Shown: in pieces, positions 1 to 13,219 of the stretch | Position numbering within the stretch: the first letter of the stretch is position 1 | Layout: each line of letters opens with the position of its first letter | Assembly: GCA_009103225.1 (NCBI GenBank) | Contig: RHPI01003256.1 | Location: 92,091 to 156,090 of the forward strand | Direction: 5' to 3' | Source of the DNA: Chlorokybus atmophyticus | Lineage: Eukaryota > Plantae > Mesostigma and Chlorokybus algae | Length of the DNA stretch: 64,000 nucleotides | Program-made: the position numbers and the translations under genes | The notes under the pieces: model-generated | Told to the model about the DNA's origin: nothing | Seen by the model: only the letters and a program-made list of their open reading frames with translations | The model's database searches: none

Positions 1-3000
1 CTGACAACATGTGTTTGTCCATGTTTTAGCTTTGCTGAGCTGCTGCCCGACCCACAATGCATCGCTACCGAGGAATCCGTCGAACCATTCGGTGCTGACC
101 CGGTCCTTCTCCCCCAGTCCCAACTGTTTGATCCCTCGGTGGTTGCAACAAACGTCAGCAGATATTACGATGCATCTGAGGTTGGTGGTTTGGATTTGTG
201 TCTGCTCTTTCAACAAACTGGTCAGAAAGAAAGATGTGTGGTTGGTTGTCCGAGAACCTTTTTGTATGGTGTGTAGGTCAATGACCGCGGCACACCTTAC
301 GGATTTTTTCCGCACGACGGCATCGATGGCCAGTCTTTCCCTGTCTACTTGGATATTAATCTAAATGCTGCTGGAGCTACCAACATGCTTGCGTACATCG
401 ATGATGGGTACTTCCTGGACGCCGACACGAAGACCTTGTATCTGCAGGCAGTGACATACAATCCAGTCCTGAAGGTAACTATTACTCAGTATGTATCCAT
501 CAAAGCCGCACGCAACACTCGTTTAACAGCTCTGAACATGTCGTACGACAGGTCTTTGCCAACCTGCGGCTGCACTTTGAGTTTAGAGCAGGTGGCACCA
601 TCGATGTCGTGACCAACATCCAATCCACCACAGTTCAACTTTACGACTCACCAAAGGACTGGTTTCGCCTTGTACTTGAGGTTTGTTGCGGCTGCACGAT
701 CACGGTTGTTGTGTGTAGTCGTGCACTGCCCTTTCTTGCTTGCAGATTACATAACCGATTCCTTTTCTCTTCTTCGCAGGTTTTTGTTCTCGGCGGCATA
801 GCTTTTCTTGTTGTGGCTCAGATCGTTGAAGTTGCCAACAGTCGCTTCAAGTCTGGCAGCTTGAAGGCCTACGGGCGTCATTACTCGCACTGGATCAAGT
901 TCGTGTCCAATGGACTTCTCGTCACATGCGCTGTGCTCTGGTACTACCATTGCCATCTGTCCCGCACTCCTGGATACCCTATTTCATTACCATTGCTACT
1001 CCAATTGCATGAGAAACAATATGTGTAATGATGAAGCATGTATATGATATACAGAAGTAAGCACCTTTGTTCGATGTCCCACAGGCTTGTGTATGTCACG
1101 CGGTACGCGAATGCATTCAACCCGCGTCTTCGATATGAGGTTTATAGACCAGAGCGCTTACAACAAAGCCAGAATTTCCGCTTCCCGCCGCACGCACTGG
1201 AGCTGAACAATGGTGGCAGCGGACTCGATCAACTGCAAGAGGTGGGTTGAGCCCAGAGCGTGTATCGCATAATCTGCACCGATACTCATTTTGTTTTGCA
1301 TTGTCTTTCACAACATCAGATGTTTGCCTTCATGAACCGATGTTCAGACCTTCTGGCGGCGTACATTTTCCTTAACGGCATTAAGTGAGTATACATGTCA
1401 GTGTTTGTGTGACTCAACTGTTGTGGGGATATTGTTGCGCTGACCGATCAATTTGCGCGCAGCATTACACTGATGTTGCTGAGAATCATCAAGCGTCTAG
1501 ATTTCCAGCCACGCATTGGGCTGCTTACGCGCACGCTGGAGCGCGCAGCGCAAGAGCTGATTCATTTCGCATTCCTGGCATTCATTGTGTTTGTCGGATA
1601 CTCTGTTTTGGCGTTTCTGGCCTTTGGCAGCATCATCCAGGTACTGTGATGCAGTCATTCGTGCACTGCGAACATGATTGGCACAGAATGCACTCAAATG
1701 GCTTGCCGTTTGGCATGATGTGTTGCAGGAATTCTCTTCTTTCTGGACATCAGCTGTCAGCTGTTTTGAGATGCTGCTGGGAAGAGTGGAGGTGAGTGCA
1801 TGGCAGCTGTTGGAGTAAGCCATGCGTGTTGCAGCAAACACAACACTGCCTGTGCAGTTTGCAATCAACTCATGGGTTGCCTGCAGGTCAATGACAAGTT
1901 GCAGCAGCTCAAAGGCTTCCAACTGGCAGTGGGGATTGTCTTCTTCTGGTAGAGCCTCTCTGCTGATGCCTCTCTGCTGATGGTATTCTTTTAAGCTGTC
2001 TGGAGTCAATCTGACCTTCTGTTGTGCCTTGGCAGGTCCTTCATCATCCTTGTGGTCTTCATCTTGCTCAACTTCTTGATTGCCATCATCATAGACTCCT
2101 TCACGGACGTCATTCAGGTTCGTACTATTCTGTGGCTGTTGTCGTTTGCATGTGGTACGGAGTGGGTATCAAGTCATTGGTGTTTCTGGCAGGATGCGAA
2201 AGGGGCCTCAACCGTTCACCAGGAGTTTGGGGCTCTATTCAAGGACACTTGGGGCCACCTGTTTCATCGCAGGTAAGCACATATAACCTGAGGGCTCTGT
2301 TGTGGTCTCGTTGTATGCGCTGAAACACAAGCACACACGTGTACGCTGCAGACCGTACATGTCAGACTCGCGAATGCACCGCTTCTTGGATTATTGGGCG
2401 AAGTCTCATGAAACCAACATTGCTGTTCCGCCAACAAAGTCAACCGTCACCCGTCTGTTGTCTCACAAACCGCAAGAACCGCCTCTGATGTTGGTTGGCG
2501 GCCAGCATGTCACAATGAGCGACCTGAGAGGTGTGTATGTGTTTGTGAAGGGACATTTGTCTCTTATCACGTTTGTTCGCATCTGAGACCATTTGCTCAA
2601 AAATGTTTCACATGCAGATGTCATGTGGTTGTGTTTGAGTGACAATGAAAAGGACAGTCCAAACGCCTCAAGCATGGTCGATGAAATGGTTGCTGCAATC
2701 ATGCGCAGGTCAGCATACCGCAACTCACACCCTGTCCTTGCATTGTCTGGACTCTTGATCAAACTGGCATGGCAGGTACAACATTGTGTGCAAGTCAGAC
2801 GTAACCGAGAGCTTATCGACTGATGCCAATGTGGTGGTGAGAAGACGCCCAAAGGTAGGTTATGACCACCAACACACTTCGCATAATTTCACCAACTTCT
2901 TATGTCGCGTCCTTCAATCTGGTCCTGTTGATGGTCGCAGCCAAAGTCCAATCACCGCGGTGTGAGCGCACATTCAGACGGCATGGCTTTGGCGCTAGAT

Positions 3001-3303
3001 CACATCCAGCAGAGTCAGAGCGCACTACAGCAACAGCTGGCAGTCATCACGGAACAGCTGGCCGCTGTTTCTCGTCAGGTATGTACGCACGCAGAATCTT
3101 TGAGTACTGCTCTTGTTATCATAAGCCTAAACTTACATGTTGAGTCTTCACAGGGTGAAGTAGGGCAAGTGTTAGGGGCAAGCAGTCATCCTGAAGGTGT
3201 TGCTGGCGCTGCTGTAGATACGCCACACATTGCAATCAGTGCCGACAACTCGGAACCTGTTGCAAATGTTGTCTCTTCAACTCAGATGGCTCCAACTGCG
3301 TAG
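1..3303 (+). CDS. Polycystin-2/PKD2-like (TRPP) cation channel, multi-exon, 5' part outside the window
   Basis: Spliced exons give YFLDADTKTLYLQAVTYNP, RLDFQPRIGLLTRTLERAAQELIHF, a pore region (CFEMLLG) and an S6-like SFIILVVFILLNFLIAIIIDSF, followed by a coiled-coil tail; stop at 3301-3303; GT-AG introns. Confidence 0.85.
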
Positions 3304-4264
3304 TGCCAAGGGTGAGTGAGGGTTTCAGATGCTCGCATGATTAGCATTAGTGGCTGCGTAGACAGAGGCGTAGTGGGAGTGTACAGAACAGTTAGTTGAG
3401 GGTTGATAAGTTTCCTTCGAGTTTGAAGACCATAGAAACGATTAGGGGTGGGCAGTTCTTGTGTTAGGTAAGTTATCACATAGCATTCACATTCAGTTGT
3501 ATGGTGAAAGTTGCAATGCAAGCCCGGGTCAAGAGATAGTGGAATTTGTGATTTTGCATGTTGTCGCACCTGCAGATTAACAAGGATGCAACGCATTCAC
3601 TGAATGCGGTCCCATTCAGAGTCTATTAGAGTAAAGTGTGGTGATATTCTCTGGTAAGCGGTGCCACATTCCTTACAAAGTCTTGTAAGCCTGCCGTATT
3701 GCATCAACCTTGCCGATGTAGACCCTCTGATGCCTGACATAAACCTCTCTTGTACTACATGGGCAAGCATGACGCCAACTGTGTCTGCGCGCATTGCTGT
3801 CTGCGACAACCCACCCCACACCTAACCTAACCAACACAGTACATGACATCATGTTATGTAGCTAGCCATCTGCGTGTACACAGACATACAGCTACCCTAG
3901 GGCTGCGTCCACTTGCGTGGTCGGGGGCCCATGAACCACTGGTGCCCATCATAGAAAGCGATTTACTAGTGAACAACAACTGCGAACAAGTACCTGATCC
4001 GGTCTACAACAGTTGCACAGTAAAAAACATTTGAACTTAGCAAGGCCATGGCTGAATTGATGTTGCACTGCACCTTGATGCGGGCAAAGCTGTGCCAAAC
4101 AACATTGGACTTGCAACAGAGACAATAATGTGTCTAATGCGCTACAACATCCTTTACAAAATCACTTTGCGATATGCATTACCTAGTCGTTTGAGTGCTA
4201 CAACTATGTAAACAACTGAATACGGCATCACCAACCCCGATCTACTCACTACCGCATGCAATGC

Positions 4265-7200
4265 TCATCGCAAATCCGAGAGCGCCTCCTGTGTCGCCAT
4301 AGCTATGACCTTATCTGATGCGTTGGGCAGATAGTAATACCGGCCTGCAATGCATTCCAGCAGGTAAGCAACCACGTATACAAATTGTTTATGCAACCAG
4401 TGCACCAAGCCATCAACTTACCGCCAGCTACGCGCGCAATCTCCTTGGCAAAGCCAGTGGAGATGAACTTGTTCTCAGTATCAATCACAAGCAAATCCAT
4501 GCCAGCCGCGCGAAGCTTGGCCGACACGTCAAGAATCTCCGTCTTCAAATCCTCAGGCTTTGCCCTGCACGCACATCAAGTCGTGTGTTAGCTCGCCATG
4601 CCCGTGTTGTTTGCAATTAACCAAAGCATGCTACGCTATCTATGGCATACTTGGGAGCGTCAGGCGCGATGGCATCAGGCTCTCCCAACGACTTGGCCAA
4701 GCTGACGTTAGCGCGACCATCCGTGATAGCCACGATCATAACACGACCACAATCACCCGTCTTCTGCGCATTGAGACCCACCCTAACCTGTAGGACGCAA
4801 CACATGTGGAATGAGGAATTGGCTAACTAAGCGAGCCAGGCAAATTTTGTGAAAGGAGATTGGATGCAATGCATACTGCTGTGGTCAGGCCGTGGGCTAA
4901 GGGAGACCCTCCACCGCACGGTAACCTATCCAGCCGCTTGCGAGCCATGCTGATTGAGCGAGAGGGAGGCAGCAACACCTCTGCTGAGTCACCCCTGAAT
5001 GGGATGATGGAGACCTGAAACATCAACAGGTTTTGTTGTCCAAGTCTTGCGTATGCAATTGAGTGCAAGTGTTCCGACTGAGTAGCGCAGTACCTGGTCA
5101 CGGTTTGTATAAGACTGATTCAGCAGCGAAAGCGCCGCACCCTTGGCATTGTTCATGCGGTTGAGAGCCATTGACCCTGACGCATCCACAACGAAAATAA
5201 CTAGAGCTCCTGCCTTGCGCGCTAACCTCTTAGACCTTATGTCAACCTGTAGAGTACAAGCTCAGTCGCATTCCCAGCAAGGACATCTCAGACTCATGCT
5301 GGAACTGCAATCAAGGGAGTTGCATTGCTGACCTGCTCTACAAAAACTTTCTTGTTGCGAATGCCTGCTGCTTGCGCTTGTTGCCTCCTGCGAATCTGCA
5401 GACAAACAATGTGAGCAATATATACCGATGTCGCCTTCGACCAAAGCATACATACACATAAGGACATCAGTTAACACAAGTGCAGTTACCACCTTTCACT
5501 GAAAAGTCGTTTTGACTGAGTTGTGCATGCATGGGCGGTAAAATAGCTGTCACACAGTATGTGTTCCAAGCAACTGCATTTACCTGGTGAGGAGCAGCCG
5601 CGCGCAGCGTAGCGTCCACAGCGATGCGCATGACCTTGCCCTTGGGGATCATGGGCTTAATGTATCGGCCCCTGTCCTCGCTGAAGATCATGTTCTTTGC
5701 GCGACCCGTCTTGGATTTCCTCCTCATTGACTGAACGCGCAAGCATCGTGCTAAGCGCACTCGCCTCACCTGACACTGCACTCCCTGCAATGCGACTCAC
5801 CTGTTGGGCAAAGTACAGCATCTTAGGGTCCACCACACCACCCTCGGCATCAAAGACAAACTCCTCTGGGATCTGATCTGGCTGCTGCTCATCCTTTTCT
5901 TCCTCATCTTGCTCTTCTTCCTGCAACGCATCCAAAAATTCAATGAGCAAAGTTGCACGCATGCAATGCAACACTTGATACCAAACTGCAGTTAAACTAA
6001 CCTCTTTCTGCTCCTGGTCTTCTTGCTCTTCCTGGCTGGACTGCGGTGGCGGCGGCGGGGGCGGGGGAGGTGGAGGTGGTTGGCCTTCGGGGGTATCGAC
6101 TGTTGTTGACCGCGGGATGATCACCAGCTCAACTGCCTTGCGCAAGTCATCCGGCGACACGTTCTGCGCAACATGATTGATGGTGTCGGTCTCAGCATGC
6201 TTGCTGCACGCATGCAATGTGGCAGATTGCACCAACAATAGTTGTACCTGTCGGCCTTCAAGAGCAGCCAATGCGCACGCAACTCGCACAGCAAACAGCT
6301 CTGCACGGTGACCCTGCCAGCCAGTGAAGACAACAACAACACGTCAGTTGAAACACAATTACTACCAAGAAGCAAGCAGCTGCAAAAAGCCTGCAGGTTA
6401 CAAACCTGAACGCCCGCGCGCAGACTCTCCATAACAAGATACTTTATTTGATCTTTGCCAATCTCCACATCTTTCAAGTACTCCCTCGCAAGGATGATTT
6501 GAGTCTTTGCAGCATCTGTGGCCTCCGCAAATGTGTCGAGTGCTTCCTGATAGTTGTCGACAAAATTGCGGCACATATCCACAACAGCCACGCGATCATC
6601 GAGGGTCAGGGGCATATCTGCTGAAAGCGTCATTGCAATGCGATCCAATAGATGCTCCCTCAATGGCCCCTGCAAAGTGATGCATGCAAGTGGTCAATGC
6701 CTGAAATGTGATTACTCCATTTTGGTATGCAGGTAGACTGAGCTGCAGTAATTACTTTTGTGTACCTCCTCTGGGTTGAATGTGGCAATGAGCAGGGGTC
6801 TACACGGGTGTCGAATTGAAAGACCCTCGCGCTCGATAATGTTGACACCCTCGGCTAGGACATTCAACAACACATTGGAGATGGAGTCGTCCAACAGATT
6901 GATCTGTCAAACATGCGTGGTATTTGAGTGTGCATCTATGCAGCGCTGTACCACTGTACTGGCGCGCCCACTCACAAAGTTGAGATGTGCAATCAGATTG
7001 CGTACACTGGTAAGGTTTGTCTGTCACGCACCTCATCCACATAAAGCACACCACGATGCGCTGCAGCCAGCAGACCAGGCTGAAACACAGTTTGGCCTGT
7101 CTTGATGCTCTCCTCTACATCCACAGAACCCAGCAGTCTGTCCTCCGTGACACCCAGTGGAATCTGTGCAGTCACAAACATCATTACACATGGACAACAT

Positions 7201-8639
7201 GCATACAAGCCTGCGCTATAACCAAGTAATCAATGGTGGCATACTGTGATAAAGGGTGTGTCAATGATCTTTGTGATCGGCCTGCCGTCTTCATCACGCT
7301 TCACCATGTCTGCAAGGCCAGTCTCCCACTCCTGAGGGTTGTCCGGATCGGAGTTGGCAATGGAGCCGTCCACCACCTCAATTGGGGGCATGAGAGCGTG
7401 CAACCCGCGAGACATGACAGACTTTGCGGTACCCCTCCTGCCAGCTATAGCTACGCCACCCACGCCAACATCCACCGCACCCAGCAACAACGATGTCTTG
7501 ACCGCATCCTGGATAGGCATGAGAAGAAACCAATCAAGGCAGGAAAAAGGCTTTGTGCAAGCGGTGATTGTGTCAATGCGAATGCAATGCTGTTGCAGTG
7601 TCCATGTGACTGATGATTGCATGATTGCATATGGGAATGATGTTCTGCATAGGCTTTACTGCAGCTGAAGTGCAATACTTGTCACAATATTGACACCATG
7701 CACAATGCATTGTCGACATTTGTTGCAATGGTCACTATAAGTGATCTGGCTCATCTACCGTACATTTTCTGTCTCCTACAACGGAACTGCTATTCATAGT
7801 GTTTTGTCACCACCATAAAGATGGACCATTGTGTAGCATTGTCTGATATGCAAGAATGCAGCATTGCGCTTGAGCACGCGCAATGCTGCATTCGAAGTGT
7901 TATCAACAAGTGCACATGCTGGTGAAGATGGATCCTTTGTACCAAATGTCTGGTATGCAAGAATGCAGCGTTGCACTTGGGCACAAGGCATGCATGATTG
8001 AATGCATGTGAAGTGTTATCAACATGTGCACATGGTGGTTTGTTGATAACGCATGTAACACGGCGTGCAGAAGCTCAGCTCTCACCTGTGCCACAACCGC
8101 AGCGAGGGGCATTGTGCCTCGCGGGCCGACACGAACCTCGGCCTTGCCGAAGCGCAGTGCTGCAGCAGAGCTGCCATCTTGGCTCGAGGAAGCAGCAGCA
8201 GCCTGCATTGTTACACACAATGCATTAAGTTAGTAGCTTAATGTACAAACCCTAATTGCAAACTTGTAGCTGAATCTACACAGCATTGCTTACATTCTTG
8301 CTGCTTGATGCGGATGAGTCCTCCCGGCTCACAGCGGGCGCTTCCGCTATGCATTGCGTCACGCCTGGACAACACAAAGAGCACGCAAAGGCTATCATGC
8401 AGCCAGCACATGGCTGGAGACGGCGACATGCGCACCATCCACGCTGAGCCACATGCTGTACCTGAAGGCGGCAGCCGGACTGTCGCCGGCTGTGCGGCAC
8501 ACCTCAGCCCAGCTCCAGCGAACGACCCCTTCAACCTCCTGGAAGAGGACACTCTATGAGACTGCGGCTGTGACGATGATGACGACGACGACAGCGCAGC
8601 CGCGGCCACGCCGCCCGACACCACCACCGCCGCCGCCAT
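4265..8639 (-). CDS. CHLD: Magnesium chelatase subunit D, plastid-targeted, multi-exon
   Basis: Ser/Ala-rich transit peptide ([10 protein letters not shown]...), AAA+ motifs ([30 protein letters not shown]), poly-Pro/acidic linker, [10 protein letters not shown], vWA domain ([31 protein letters not shown]) and C-terminus [24 protein letters not shown]. Confidence 0.96.
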
Positions 8640-9757
8640 GGTCCCAAACACGGTCTGACACTTGGGCTCTAAACTGACCCCAGGACCAAGCCCTAATGCC
8701 GGCCGCTCGAAATCGTTGAATGTTACACGTCCAGTCCTCGATAGAATGTTTGTGCCCAATCCCAGCCGTGCAATGCTGCATGACGAGCTCTACTAGCCGT
8801 CGATCTACCTGAGGGCAAGATCTTGCAGCCAAAAGTAAGCTCTCAACAGCAGCCAATCAGAAAACAGCGTCGTTGCTGGCTTATTTAAGCGAGCGGATAA
8901 CTTATGCAATCGTACCCCAATAACAGACTTTGCCCTAAGACTCTCTTAGGCTAAGCGAGTAATCCCGTGTAAGAATCTAACTGATTGGTCACCAGCAAGC
9001 TGCGCAACATTGGTGGTAACTGAACATGAGCGTCAAGTCCCTATTATAAGGGACTGAAATTATTATGTGCATGTTTGCAATCTGCAGCATAATAACAAGG
9101 GTTGACTCAACTTATCGAAAACATTATACGACACATATTGTAATGTATCATATCTCATATCATATAAGTCATTAATTCACTCAAACTTGATTTACTTTGT
9201 TCACATTATAAAGACGAAGTTTAACAAAGGTAAATCAAATAAGAATCAGCAACACAAAGTGAGAAACATGCACTCACGTGACGTCCTTGAGCAAGTAAAT
9301 GAAGAAAGGATTGTATAGTAGAGCATAATGCATTATGTGCCACCTCGCGTCGCACCTACCTAGTGGCGGACGCGCCGTGGCACTTTCTAAGCTTTACATG
9401 CTTGAGTACGATTAACCAGTGAATATGGCATGCAATAAAGGGCATGCTATCACGCATTGCATTTATAAATTGAATATGGACGTGAGCATCTTGTTCATGC
9501 TAGTTGCTTAGGATGTGTAGCAATGAGTTCACGTTATCATATTCTTATACAACATGCATTGGCCTTACGCAATTGTTGAGTTGAGGACGTTACAAGATTG
9601 CGTGCAAGCGAATGGGTGAGCGATCATCCACTTATGGTTTTTGGTGGTCACTTCAAGAAGGTGGAGGTGGAGTAGGACAAACATGAGGTCGATATGTGTC
9701 ACAATAGCCTTTGCATAAGGCTTAAGTAGTTATAGATCTCAACAAAACCTTTATACA

Positions 9758-9835
9758 ACATGTGAGCAAAATGTGCTCACATGTGCTCACAAGTGCTCAC
9801 AAACCTCAACACGTGAGCGCATTTTGCTCACATGT
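9758..9835. repeat. Short inverted repeat enclosing tandem GTGCTCAC units
   Basis: ACATGTGAGCAAAATG (9758-9773) is the exact reverse complement of CATTTTGCTCACATGT (9820-9835); three GTGCTCACA units lie inside. Confidence 0.8.
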
Positions 9836-12800
9836 GCTTGTGAAAATGCCTAACGCCATAGCTGCGACCATAGGCGAGAATCCCCAAAACTTGTAATTTT
9901 CGTTGAACTGGGTTGTGTGCTTCATTTTATTTAATACACGCATAATCACTCAAGAAACTGCATATACGCATCAGATGCGGAGTGCGCACCAATCGAGTTA
10001 AATGCGCTGATCATTGTGGTAGCATGTTTTTTAAACGGCACACAACTGCCTTTAACGCTTCACATGCGTATGACGTTGTCACAAAACAAAAATGAGCACT
10101 ATTTGCAATAAAACGCACAGAAGGTACACAAATTAGCACGGTGCAGACTATGTAGTCCGTACAAAATGCATGTTAAATTACATGTATTGGTTGTAAAGAC
10201 ATGAAAATGCAATGATGATGATGATGATCACTGATCATATAATAAGAGTACATATGTTTACTCACATACCATGTCTTCGTGATATTAAGTAAGTTGAACC
10301 ATAGAAGTATATAATTGCTTGAAATGAAACACATATACATATCTGTAGTAACGAGGGTGTAAAGTATTGCATGATAGACCATGTCTTGATTAATTGTGAC
10401 TGCAAGTTTCACAATCTTGCTTTGCCTCAGCTTAACATCAATTTATAAAGATGACCGCTAAGTTGTGTGCTCAAGTGACGGCTTGTAACTTAAGTGAATG
10501 TTCGTAAAGTTGAAATTGATAATATAAACATATGTGATGTGATAATAGCTTGCTCAGTATTCAAGTATGTGACATGTTTAGATACATGTTTGATAATGTT
10601 GCAAAAGCAAAAAATGGTCATTGTCTATACAATTTTAAGGGTTGCAGTGCGGTCGAGGCCATATTGTAACATTACATTAATACCAGGCTGGCCGGTAACT
10701 ATACCGCACTCTTAATTCTGTTTTTATGCAACTTAGGTAACATGCCATCATAAAAAATGTAGACTCTTACAAATCAAACCCTCTTTGGACGGCATCCCTT
10801 ATGACGTAAACATTCATGAAAAACCACTCGTTGGGGCTGATCGACACATGAGCACGGCGTAAAAGTTTTAAACATGCTTACAAGTATGAAGCCTGCAGCT
10901 GGGCAATATGCAATAGTGTTATCACTTAAACAACATCCCGAACTTGGTAAGGTGTGCGCAAGTAAAGATAACATGTGTTTGCTTGCATGTATTGATGCTA
11001 CTGCATGGTTGGTAGCCATGATACGCTTCATATTTCATGAGTTACTTCATAAATACCCACTTGATCATGCTGTGCTACGGTGTTTGTATGATTTTGAAAA
11101 TCTGCTGGTGCTACATCATAGACCAATAAATATGCACGTTGATTTTTTCGTGTAGGCCTTCAACTTTTACATTCGACCTATATATGGCACGATTAAAGAT
11201 CAATACCACACAGCATTTCACTTGGTAGTGGTCGAATAAAAAGTTCAATTTTTTATACTTTCTACAGTATTATAAATAGCACAATGTAGCCATCCAATTG
11301 TTAAGCATGGTTCAATTGTTTGAACTCATTAACAACAGCAAGCTTGTCAAAGTGACTTGTGGTGACCCAACCTGATCGATTGTGATCAATGTCACCTACG
11401 TAAGCGCTGACAGCTTGTCAGCGGCGGGCATTATCATTGTACGTCAACTTGAAATGTGTGTGGATTGGTTGCGTATGCTATGCATGCACACATTCTCACG
11501 TCCAAAGTTAACATGCCGAGAATTGCAAACAAGGCTGTTGCTGCAAGGGCGTCAATGAAGAGAAGAGTGTGCACGTGTATGCATAGTGCAGTGTATCAAG
11601 AAGCTACAGAAAATTGTGCATGCACAACAGTGCAATTAGACACGCAGCAGCAATTACTTAGCTTGTTGAACAGCTTCGAGCTTCAGCTAATATGTGTACA
11701 TATACTAGCATTTCCATCATAATAAGTTTTAGGGATGGTTTGTGTTGCTTATGGTTGTAATGCTTTAAGCGATAACATGTAATAAACATGATATGCAGTG
11801 GTCAAACACCTTTCCCATCATCACATGCGTTGGAGAACGTGTGAACGCTTGCGTTTTTGCTTTACATTTACTAATTGTGGAGTTAATGAGCCTACCGGAT
11901 AGGCCGCCTTTTACTTGTGGGTAAACTTGATCATGCAAACACTTACCACATCCACAACTAGAAATGTCAAGAACAGCCTGAGAATCCATCAACATGCATA
12001 CTCCATGTGTATGTTGCAGTAAATGCTGCCTCTCATGTATTGATGTCGATAACTGCAAGCTGCCATTAGAATATGTTAATCATTGTTTATATGCATGTTG
12101 AAAGGTTACATATCCAATCAAGCTATATTTAGAACCGTACTGCGACATACTTAACTGTAATGATGTTAATTTTATAATTGTAGTACGTCATGACGGCTGT
12201 CATGCCTGTCGCCCAAGCATGCCAGTCGTCATCGGGCATGCCTACAGCAAGACCCTCGCCCGGCTTACCAGCATGGCAACCCGCGCGCGCCTCTAACCAG
12301 TAGCTAGGTCATGTCCCTAGAGTAGCTCGTGACCATAGCCTGCAAAGGCACCGCGCGTAGCTGTTCAGTTGTGAGTTCAGTTATAAGTCCGGTTCTATAT
12401 CGAGTGGGCATTTCCTGTGGAAATAGCCTCAATATGACCGTTAGCTTATGTTCTGGACAGTCATGAGTTGACTTGTATAAGTAGGCACAGTGTTCACCGG
12501 ATCAGCTGGTGACACTGTAAGTGAGAAAGCTAAGAGCTTGTGAAGCGACTTGAACTACGAACACACCGTCCTGGTTCCCAAGAATCCCCTCACCGTGTGA
12601 GAGCCTGTGCATGTTCTTGTGCACTGTGCTTGTTCTTGCTGTGAGCTTTGTGTACTTGGTCGCGGTGTGCTTGTTGGCATCAGTCAGGGCGTAGCATCCA
12701 CGTGTTGCTTGCTCATTCACCTCACTTAACAGTGTAATTCCTCCCCCACTCACGCAAAGAACTGTGTAAACAGCACTACCTATAGTAGTGGCTTGTTGAC

Positions 12801-13219
12801 TTACAGTGTCACCCTCTTTGCTCAAGTGAGTGTAGTTGCAAGCTGTACATCAGCATCGCAATCTGTAGTTGTACACATCACAGTGCAGTGTTGTCACCGT
12901 CATCGCATAGCGCGCACAAGCGCTAGTGTGTTGGGTGATAGCAGCACTGGAGATCCCATTGTAGAACACAAACACTCTACCTTTCATCCACTTTCACCAT
13001 CGCACCAGCTGTATGAGCAGGCCCACCCCGTTCTCCCCAATAGACGAGGGTGACCTCAGCAGTTGGAGCCCAACCACCAACCTCACCTACGAGCGGACCA
13101 GTGACGGGAGCATCGACCGCAGCAGTTGAGGCTCGCGCTCCATCTCCGGCTTCACCCCGCTCCACTCTACTCCTCGTCATCAAGCTTCTCCACTATCATC
13201 GGACAGCGACGACAACGAG

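Noticed and set aside
3820-3835. CCTAACCTAACC (also about 50885) as interstitial telomere
   Set aside because: Pentameric, only two or three units, not CCCTAA.
10874-11155. Possible transposase fragment (CIDAT / LYD motifs, MULE- or KDZ-like)
   Set aside because: Too short and ambiguous to assign without a profile search.
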